A stretch of 64,000 nt of DNA, taken from an archaeon. Lineage in GTDB: Archaea > Asgardarchaeota > Thorarchaeia > Thorarchaeales > Thorarchaeaceae. Shown one piece after another: positions 56,584 through 64,000 of this stretch. The position numbers and the translations under genes are program-made. How positions within the stretch are numbered: position 1 is the first letter of the stretch; every line of letters starts with the position of its first letter. The stretch is from positions 64,001-128,000 of the forward strand of contig JAJRWI010000033.1 in assembly GCA_024276825.1 (NCBI GenBank), in the 5' to 3' direction. The notes under the pieces are model-generated. The model was not told where the DNA came from, made no database searches, and saw only the letters and a list, made by a program, of their open reading frames with translations.

Positions 56584-56931
56584 ATGTCAGCTGTACGCAA
56601 GCCAATCACTCCAAAGCCTCCACGAGTACGAAAACACGTTCTTGTGATTCAACAAGAACAATGTAAGCAATGTGGGTTATGTGTAGAATTCTGTCCCAAG
56701 AATGTGCTATGCATTGACACATCAATTTACAATAAGAAGGGGTACCATCCAGTTAGTGCATGCGATATTGAGGCTTGCGTTAATTGCGGCTTTTGTGAGA
56801 GGATCTGCCCCGATCTGGCAATCTATCTGGCTGACAAAGAAGAGGCCAGGAAAGCCTACGAGTCCGGTAATGTCCAAGAAGGAACAGTGATTCCAGAATT
56901 TGAAAAGAATAGTTCTGACGAGGGACAATAA
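56584..56931 (+). CDS. korD: 2-oxoacid:ferredoxin oxidoreductase delta (ferredoxin) subunit
   Basis: CKQCGLCVEFCP, NKKGYHP, CVNCGFCERICPDLAI. Confidence 0.88.
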   Translation: MSAVRKPITPKPPRVRKHVLVIQQEQCKQCGLCVEFCPKNVLCIDTSIYNKKGYHPVSACDIEACVNCGFCERICPDLAIYLADKEEARKAYESGNVQEGTVIPEFEKNSSDEGQ

Positions 56932-58065
56932 ATGCCTGAACGTGTGATGTTTACCATGGGCGATATTGCCTGTGCCGAAGGTGCCCTGAGTGCGGGATGT
57001 AGATATTTTGGAGGATACCCAATCACTCCTGCTACTGAGATTGCTGAATGGATGGCTCGTAGAATGCCAGAGGTTGGAGGTGCCTATGTTCAATATGAAG
57101 ACGAGATTGCATCAATTACCAGCGTGATTGGAGCATCTTGGACTGGAGCAAAGGCAATGACTGCAACATCGGGTCCTGGGGTCAGCCTTATGCTCGAGGC
57201 CATTGGACTGGCTGTGATGACAGAAACCCCACTTGTTATCGTGAACATCATGCGTGGTGGCCCCAGTACTGGACAGCCCACCAGGGGTCAACAGGGTGAT
57301 GTCATGCAAGCCAAATGGGGGAGTCACGGTGATTACCAAATCATAGCACTCACCCCAGCATCAGTTCAGGAGATGTTCGACCAGACTGTACGTGCATTCA
57401 ATCTGGCTGAGCGCTTCAGAACTCCTGTGTTCATCCTTGCAGATGAAACTGTTGGCCACATGCGTGAGCGACTTGTGATTCCCGATGAGCATGACCTGAA
57501 GATTGAGTATCGAAAGCTCCCCAAAGTACCTCCTGAAGAGTATCTGCCATTCAAGGCCGATGACGATTTAGTCCCGCCAATGGCCCTGCTTGGATCAGAA
57601 TATCAGTTCTATGCAACGGGTCTGACTCATGACGAACGCGGATATCCGAGTGATAAAGAAAACGTTCAGATTGAACTAATAACAAGACTGAACAACAAGA
57701 TTCTACATAATGCGGATAAGATAATTGAACTTGAAGAGTTCATGCTTGATGATGCTGACATTGCAGTGGTTTCGTATGGCACTCCCTCACGAAGTGCGAA
57801 GAGGGCAATCAAAGATGCACGAAACGAGGGCATTAAGGTTGGCATGCTCAGACTGAAGACCGTCTGGCCATTCCCTGAAAAGGCCATTGCTGATCTCGCA
57901 TCACGTGTGAAGCATATCATTGTTCCAGAACAAAATATGGGACAGATATACCACCTTGTAAAAGAGCACGCATTGACAACGCCTGTACATCTAATGGCAA
58001 AGCCTGCAGGAATGCCGCAATACCCTCAAGAGATAGTCCAGAAAATACACGAGGTCAGTTCGTGA
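56932..58065 (+). CDS. korA: 2-oxoacid:ferredoxin oxidoreductase alpha subunit
   Basis: GYPITPATE, EDE, ATSGPG, RGGPSTGQPT, WGSHGD. Confidence 0.93.
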   Translation: MPERVMFTMGDIACAEGALSAGCRYFGGYPITPATEIAEWMARRMPEVGGAYVQYEDEIASITSVIGASWTGAKAMTATSGPGVSLMLEAIGLAVMTETPLVIVNIMRGGPSTGQPTRGQQGDVMQAKWGSHGDYQIIALTPASVQEMFDQTVRAFNLAERFRTPVFILADETVGHMRERLVIPDEHDLKIEYRKLPKVPPEEYLPFKADDDLVPPMALLGSEYQFYATGLTHDERGYPSDKENVQIELITRLNNKILHNADKIIELEEFMLDDADIAVVSYGTPSRSAKRAIKDARNEGIKVGMLRLKTVWPFPEKAIADLASRVKHIIVPEQNMGQIYHLVKEHALTTPVHLMAKPAGMPQYPQEIVQKIHEVSS

Positions 58066-58127
58066 TAATCACTATTAATAAAGGACATGAATATATGCGC
58101 CATTTTAATTTCCATATTATTATATGA

Positions 58128-60311
58128 TTGAATTCCAATATTTCAATGGGGTCTCTAAAAGCAGAAGGTCTGACTAATTTGAATAATGAAATCACCATTG
58201 ACGGGTCATTCATCAACTCACTTGATTCCCCCGTAATAATGATAAACAGGACTGGCAAGATCATCGCTGTAAATAGGGCCTTCGAACAATGGCAGGACAT
58301 TCCGAGAGCAGAAGTCATTGGTAAGAGCATTGGCGATTTAATTAGTTATGACCAACCTGAGGCCATCTCCGATTATTTGCAATCAGGAAACTTCAAGTCC
58401 CTTAATGAGGCGCTATTGGAGTGGAGATTTAACACTCAAAGCACAATTAGAATAACCGCCAGATTCCACTCAATTCGTCTAGATAATGGCGAGAGTGGCT
58501 TGCTGGTCATAATAAAAAAGAAACCCTCCGCCCATGAGGACCTGCAACTCTACAAGGCAGTATTCGATTTCTCTTTCAATGCAATTGCAATATTGGACTC
58601 GAATGGCAGATATCTGATGCAAAATAATGCCCATCGTAAGATGATTGGCTACTCTAATGAAGAGCTTGAGGGAAAGACTCCTGCAATACACATGGGCGAG
58701 CAGGCCTTCCAAGAGATCTTTAAGGAACTATCCAAACATGGGAGATGCAGTGGCGAGTACGAATGTGTAACCAAATCTGGCAAACATCTATTCATTGGTC
58801 TATCAGCATTTACTATCCTTGGTAGTGATGGCAGACCTGAATATTATGTTGGAATTAAGCGCGACATAACAGAGTCCAAGAAACACAAAGAACAACTCCA
58901 AACAAGTCAGCAGAAACTTCGGCAGGTAATTGATCTTGTCCCCCACCAAATATTCCTGAAGGACAAGCATGGCAATCTAATCCTTGTAAACAAGGCTGTA
59001 GCCGAAGCCTTTGGGACCACTGTTGAAGAACTGATTGGAAAAAACCATAGGGATCTCCATCCCAATCAAGAAGAGGTTGAGAGGTTTCTAGCGGAGGATC
59101 AGCAGGTCATTCAGACCGGCAAAGAAATGTTCATTCCTCGACAGCCATTCACCTACGCCGATGGTACAGTCCATTGGCTTGAAACCCGCAAGATCCCTGT
59201 TGAGTTTGCTGATCATGGGACCTGTGTGCTTGGTGTTAGTCTAGATATCACCAGACGTATTCAGATCGAAGACGCCTTACGCGAGAGTGAGGAACGCTAC
59301 AAGTCTCTTATTGAAACCAACTTTGATGGTGTACTCATTCATGACAGGGGTGAGATTATCGATGTGAACCAGCAACTCGCAGACATGTTTGGGTATAGTA
59401 TAGAAGAGGTAATTGGACGCAGTCTGCTTGATTTCGCATCGCCAGTTTCAGCAGACCTCATCAGAGAACAGATGCTCAGTCAGAGCGGCAATATGATTGA
59501 GGTGACTGGTGTCAAAAAGGATGGAACTCAGCTAATCCTTGAAGTGATAAGTAATGATTGCATGTATCAAGGACGAAAGGTCCGAATTAATGCAATCCGG
59601 GATGTGACTCAGAGAAAGCTCATGGAACGGGCGTATAGGGCTGCAACTGAGAGGGCACTGCTCTATCTGGACCTCATGAGTCATGATCTAAGAAACCAAT
59701 TCCAAGTCGTTGTTGGTTATGCGACACTGGCAATGGAGATGCTTGACGATGAGGGGCTCAGAGATATTATGGAAAAGATTGTAAAATCTGTTGATGTATG
59801 CGAGTCAATAATCCGTAAGGTGGCAATTACCGAACAGCTGCTCTCTCAATCATTGAGAGAGGTAAACCTGAATCAGATCCTTTACACCTGCTTGTCAAAC
59901 CTCCGCTCAAAATGGACAAATGTAAATTTCATCATCCAGATTGAAATCGAGAACGCCACTATAATGGCAAACGAATTTTTGGAATTCCTGTTCACATTAC
60001 TTATTGAACACCTGATCACTCATAACCCTCATGATGACAAGACTATATGGCTCTCAGCAATTGAGGTTATCAGCGGCTATAATATCTCGATTGCTGACAA
60101 TGGCCTTGGCATCTCTGATGAGCGGAAACCCGACATATTCGACATACATCGGCGCTACGGCGGTATTGAAATACATCAGGCAAAACAGATTGTTGAAAGA
60201 ATCGGCGGCTCGATGTCTGTGAAAGACAGAGTGCCCAACAATTCTGAGCTTGGTGTGTGCTTTGTCATCTATCTTCCCAGAGTTCCCCTTGATATTGCCG
60301 ACACAACCTGA
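58128..60311 (+). CDS. Soluble multi-PAS sensor histidine kinase with a degenerate ATP-binding domain
   Basis: Four PAS domains, H-box LDLMSHDLRN, G1 DNGLGI; N-box reads EHLITHN and G2 reads GGIEI. Confidence 0.88.
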   Translation: MNSNISMGSLKAEGLTNLNNEITIDGSFINSLDSPVIMINRTGKIIAVNRAFEQWQDIPRAEVIGKSIGDLISYDQPEAISDYLQSGNFKSLNEALLEWRFNTQSTIRITARFHSIRLDNGESGLLVIIKKKPSAHEDLQLYKAVFDFSFNAIAILDSNGRYLMQNNAHRKMIGYSNEELEGKTPAIHMGEQAFQEIFKELSKHGRCSGEYECVTKSGKHLFIGLSAFTILGSDGRPEYYVGIKRDITESKKHKEQLQTSQQKLRQVIDLVPHQIFLKDKHGNLILVNKAVAEAFGTTVEELIGKNHRDLHPNQEEVERFLAEDQQVIQTGKEMFIPRQPFTYADGTVHWLETRKIPVEFADHGTCVLGVSLDITRRIQIEDALRESEERYKSLIETNFDGVLIHDRGEIIDVNQQLADMFGYSIEEVIGRSLLDFASPVSADLIREQMLSQSGNMIEVTGVKKDGTQLILEVISNDCMYQGRKVRINAIRDVTQRKLMERAYRAATERALLYLDLMSHDLRNQFQVVVGYATLAMEMLDDEGLRDIMEKIVKSVDVCESIIRKVAITEQLLSQSLREVNLNQILYTCLSNLRSKWTNVNFIIQIEIENATIMANEFLEFLFTLLIEHLITHNPHDDKTIWLSAIEVISGYNISIADNGLGISDERKPDIFDIHRRYGGIEIHQAKQIVERIGGSMSVKDRVPNNSELGVCFVIYLPRVPLDIADTT

Positions 60312-60380
60312 TATGTCAATATCGCCCCATCAACAACTCTTTTATCTGATTGCCTACTGATTCTGCCCCGTGGTCTTGTC

Positions 60381-61226
60381 ATGACCGAATCAACAACTAC
60401 CCTGTCTCATCCTATGCAGAAGTACATCCGTACTGATCGTTTGCCATGGATCTACTGCCCTGGCTGCTCTATTGGTATCGCTACTCAAATGGTGGCACAT
60501 GCCATTGAAGACCTTGGCCTTGATTTTCACAAGGTGGTCATTATTTCAGGTATTGGCTGTTCTGGTAGAACCTCTGGATACTTCAAGACTGGAACTTATC
60601 ATACCACCCATGGTAGAGCTATTGCCTTTGCTGAGGGCGTCAAGATTGCTAATCCAGAGCTGGAAGTAATTGTGATAAGCGGCGATGGGGATCTTGCCGC
60701 CATTGGTGGAAACCATCTCATTCATGCCTGTCGTAGAAATATTGACATCACGGTCGTTTGCATCAACAACCTTAATTATGGAATGACAGGTGGTCAATTT
60801 GGTCCAACAACCGAACATGAGCGATATTCCCAAACAAGTCCACCTCCTTTTGGAAATGTGGAACATCCATTCAACCTGGTGCAGCTTGCGGCATCATCAG
60901 GAGCGACTTTTGTAGCCAGATGGACTGCAGTTCAGGCGAGGCGTGCGACCAAATCGATAGCAAAAGGAATCAAGAAGAAGGGGTTCTCATTCATCGAAAT
61001 AGTGGGCGCATGTCCGACTGCATATGGACGGATGAACCGACTGGGTGATGGGCTAGCCATGCATAAGCACCTGCTTGAAGTTGCAGACATTCAGAACGGG
61101 CTACCGCCTCACGAAGCAGAGTTCGACTATGAGCGTCGGATCGTGTGTGGGGAGTTTGTTAACATTGAGAAGCCTGAGTACACCGAGGTTTTGCGGCAGA
61201 TGCATCTGAAGGCACATGGCCAATAG
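60381..61226 (+). CDS. korB: 2-oxoacid:ferredoxin oxidoreductase beta subunit
   Basis: YCPGC, SGIGC, HTTHGRA, TPP motif GDGD...NN, YGMTGGQ, CPT. Confidence 0.94.
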   Translation: MTESTTTLSHPMQKYIRTDRLPWIYCPGCSIGIATQMVAHAIEDLGLDFHKVVIISGIGCSGRTSGYFKTGTYHTTHGRAIAFAEGVKIANPELEVIVISGDGDLAAIGGNHLIHACRRNIDITVVCINNLNYGMTGGQFGPTTEHERYSQTSPPPFGNVEHPFNLVQLAASSGATFVARWTAVQARRATKSIAKGIKKKGFSFIEIVGACPTAYGRMNRLGDGLAMHKHLLEVADIQNGLPPHEAEFDYERRIVCGEFVNIEKPEYTEVLRQMHLKAHGQ

Positions 61227-61653
61227 TTCTACATATCTTGCAAGCAATTGACGAATCTTACTGAAGATAACTGAACTTTACTTTCCCCATCTGACCAAAC
61301 TTTACCATCTAAAAACATGAGGCTATTCTTCTTTCCTTTTTGGCATTCCAATATTTCATGGAGTATGCAATTTGTAATGATAATACTCTTCGCCAAATAT
61401 ACGCTCAAGGAAAGGCAAGTTGATAAAATCATGAATGTCAGTAGATAATTTAAAATGAATCAATTTCGGTCAAAGATTCTCTTTGAATTGACAATAGATT
61501 ACAGCAAAAATCAAAGTTGATAGTCTGATGGGATGATTGAGAAGATTAAGGACTATATCATAATCATGTTATAAAGAGCTAAACGCATGGTTTTTATTTA
61601 GATGGGTTTCCCTATCGACCAAGTCTGAACAAACACAGGGCGCCGGTGAATGA

Positions 61654-62211
61654 ATGACAAGATATGAGATTCGCATTGGAGGATTTGGTGGCCAAGGGAT
61701 AGTTACGATGGCGGTTGTATTGGGCGAAACCCTCTCTCTAATCGAAGGTAGGGAGTGTGTCCAGACGCAGAGCTATGGTCCTGAGGCAAGGGGCGGCGCC
61801 AGCAAGAGTGAGATTGTCATAGATGATGATGAGGTGGATTATCCCAAGGTGCAAGAGCCTGATGTCTTTGTTGCAATGAGCAGAGCTGCGTACCTAGAAT
61901 ACATTCATGGACTCAAGGAAAATGGCATTCTAATAATAGATGAGGACCTTGTAGAGATAGAAAGTGCTCTCCCGAAAGGCGTCAAGGTTTACGAGATTCC
62001 CGCTACTCGGATTGCTGACATGGAGGTTGGTAATAAACAGACCACTAATGTTGTCATGCTTGGAGCTCTTGCCGTCATAACAAAGATAGTATCGACTGAG
62101 GGCCTGAAGAAGCGAGTAGAAGAGCGGTGGCCTCGGTTCAAGGAGGCGAACCTGAAAGCCCTAGAACTGGGCATCAAGGCCGGAGAACAGGCCTTGGCCC
62201 AGCAAGGATGA
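61654..62211 (+). CDS. korC: 2-oxoacid:ferredoxin oxidoreductase gamma subunit
   Basis: GFGGQG, QSYGPEARGGAS, NVVMLGA. Confidence 0.92.
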   Translation: MTRYEIRIGGFGGQGIVTMAVVLGETLSLIEGRECVQTQSYGPEARGGASKSEIVIDDDEVDYPKVQEPDVFVAMSRAAYLEYIHGLKENGILIIDEDLVEIESALPKGVKVYEIPATRIADMEVGNKQTTNVVMLGALAVITKIVSTEGLKKRVEERWPRFKEANLKALELGIKAGEQALAQQG

Positions 62212-62233
62212 AACATAGACTCTTAAGCATCAC

Positions 62234-62605
62234 TCATCTGATAATCATATCATCACGACTGAGGAATGCCATCTCGAACTCGGCAGATAGTTCCAGTACG
62301 GAACGTGGACAGGACTCAACACACTGAGCGCATAATATACACCTGTCAAAGTGGCAAATGGGTCTCCAGCCCGTTTTTGTCTGGATATCATCGGGACCGC
62401 ACTCCACCATCTCAATTGCACTACTGGGACAGACACGTTCGCAGATCTTACAGCCAGTGCACCTGTCTGGGTTCTTGTAGGTCCACCTTCCACGAAGTCC
62501 GACTGGGATGTTTAGGCCTTCCTTCGTAAATGGATAGATCACAGTAGCGGGCTTTTTCTTGATACTCTTCAGGAGTTCCTTTTCCATGGCACCAAGTCTA
62601 GACAT
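62234..62605 (-). CDS. NuoI/EchF-like 2[4Fe-4S] subunit of a group 4 hydrogenase
   Basis: PATVIYP, LRG, CTGCKICERVCP, CILCAQCVESCP; TAATG overlap with the upstream gene. Confidence 0.9.
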   Translation of the reverse strand: MSRLGAMEKELLKSIKKKPATVIYPFTKEGLNIPVGLRGRWTYKNPDRCTGCKICERVCPSSAIEMVECGPDDIQTKTGWRPICHFDRCILCAQCVESCPRSVLELSAEFEMAFLSRDDMIIR

Positions 62606-63696
62606 TAAACAATCACCCCGAGTATTGGAAATATGTAAACTATTGCAAGTTGCACGAGAAGCAGGTTCACAAGGGCCAGAGGCACCATGAACTTCCAGCC
62701 GTAATGAACAATCTGATCGATTCTCCAGCGTGCAAATGCGGTCCTCATGTTGCTCAATATCATCACAACGATGATGGACTTGAACATAAACACAAGAGTG
62801 TAGTAGACCCACCCAATCCATGATGTCTGCATGAGGGTGGCAAAAGTGACCGAGAACACATCGAGCGGAATGAACTCGAGAAGATATGGTCCTCCCAGAA
62901 ACAGGGATGTGGTGATACCAGCAGCAAACACCAGCATGATGTCCTCAGCCATATGAATGAGTGCTAGCTTCTTTCCGCTGAACTCGACCTGCCAGCCGTG
63001 AACAATCTCCGTTTCAGCATGACTAACATCAAAGGGAATCCTCTCAAGTTCCGCCTGTATTGATATCAAGAATATTACAAGTGGTAGGATGAGCAGGAGT
63101 GCATAGGGTATATTGAGAGTCTTCAGACCCTCCATAATTGTTGATATTCTAAGGCTCCCCGTGAGGATGGCTGGAGTGACAATTGCAGCAATCAGTGGGA
63201 TCTCAAAACTGATCAGGAGCATTCCAGTCCTTGCAGAACCTACCTGTCCAAATGGATTGGATGAGAAGTATCCTGCGAGCATGATCACTGCGACGAGCAT
63301 TGATGAGAGGAAGAGTAAGAGTATGAGGTCTCCCTCAAAGCTCAGGATTCCTTGGATCCCTGGCAATGATGGGTCCATATCCACAATCGGAATAAACATG
63401 CATAGTGTGATGGATAGAACTAACATGATCACAGGCACGGCTGAGAAGCTCCTCTTGTCAGCCCTTTTGGGTGTAAGGTCCTCCTTACCGAGAAGCTTGA
63501 GAAAGTCCATCAGGGGCTGAAGTATCCCTTGCCAGCCTGTATGGAGCGGACCTATTCTGTTCTGCAATCGAGCATATACCTTTCTATCAATCCATTCCCA
63601 AAGTAGTGCGAGGAATGTGATGAAGAATATTCCTGGGAATAGTAGGACCCAAAGGCCCCAAATCAAAATGTCTAAGAACTGCAATGTCTGCATCAT
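62605..63696 (-). CDS. NuoH/HyfC-like membrane subunit of a group 4 hydrogenase
   Basis: DRKVYARLQNRIGP, QPLMDFLKLLGKE, RIPFDVSHAETE, ARWRIDQ. Confidence 0.93.
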   Translation of the reverse strand: MMQTLQFLDILIWGLWVLLFPGIFFITFLALLWEWIDRKVYARLQNRIGPLHTGWQGILQPLMDFLKLLGKEDLTPKRADKRSFSAVPVIMLVLSITLCMFIPIVDMDPSLPGIQGILSFEGDLILLLFLSSMLVAVIMLAGYFSSNPFGQVGSARTGMLLISFEIPLIAAIVTPAILTGSLRISTIMEGLKTLNIPYALLLILPLVIFLISIQAELERIPFDVSHAETEIVHGWQVEFSGKKLALIHMAEDIMLVFAAGITTSLFLGGPYLLEFIPLDVFSVTFATLMQTSWIGWVYYTLVFMFKSIIVVMILSNMRTAFARWRIDQIVHYGWKFMVPLALVNLLLVQLAIVYIFPILGVIV

Positions 63697-64000
63697 TAGA
63701 ACTTCCCACCATTCTGTCTGTACCATTTGTTTGCTCTCACTCTCATGATGTCTAAAGGCACTGACTCTATGAGGTTGTCATCTGTATCGACTATTGTGAC
63801 TCTGTCAGTGCAGCTAAAGCAGGGATCGATGGCTGCAAGAATTATAGGAGCATCTGCAAGATAGTTCCCAATCAGGGTGTGTCGCATTGACACCCAGTTC
63901 GCATGTGTTGGTGCACGGACCTTCCAACGTTCTGGCTTGTCTGTTCCGTTTGTCACAAGATAGTGAACTACCTCGCCCCGTGGGGCCTCATATCTTGCAA
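63696..64000 (-). CDS. Group 4 membrane-bound [NiFe] hydrogenase large subunit, 3' end (truncated by window edge)
   Basis: EAPRGE, KVRAPT, L2 motif IDPCFSCTDR followed by a C-terminal extension. Confidence 0.9.
   Translation of the reverse strand, partial: ARYEAPRGEVVHYLVTNGTDKPERWKVRAPTHANWVSMRHTLIGNYLADAPIILAAIDPCFSCTDRVTIVDTDDNLIESVPLDIMRVRANKWYRQNGGKF

Overview
This is a gene-dense archaeal chromosomal segment, most consistent with an Asgard archaeon (Thorarchaeia-like). The taxonomy is inferred from gene content and style and was not tested by phylogeny. From left to right it holds: a stand-alone PriL-CTD-like Fe-S protein; an FG-GAP/BBS2-like beta-propeller gene bracketed by a 17-bp inverted repeat; a CDP-alcohol phosphatidyltransferase and nucleotidyltransferase; a copper locus with three YHS/TRASH domains (MacB-type ABC transporter, free YHS protein, CopA); tRNA-modification genes (TsaC, THUMP, Cgi121); histidine utilisation genes (hutI, hutH, long-type hutU); endonuclease V; an ECF transporter core; the proteasome/exosome superoperon (psmA-sdo1-rrp4-rrp41-rrp42-rpl37ae-imp4-pcc1-pfdB); and a Zn/Mn ABC transporter. 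A ~30-kb redox region follows, with a group 3b hydrogenase (hydBGDA), two double-module HdrA proteins (one fused to MvhD), three hdrBC pairs, a radical SAM enzyme, a four-subunit 2-oxoacid:ferredoxin oxidoreductase interrupted by a degenerate PAS histidine kinase, and the 3' end of a group 4 membrane hydrogenase operon. Two membrane-tethered wHTH regulator/surface-protein pairs and one multi-stop pseudogene lie inside that region. No rRNA, tRNA, CRISPR array or transposase was recognised. Family assignments come from motifs read by eye and from memory; no database search was run.
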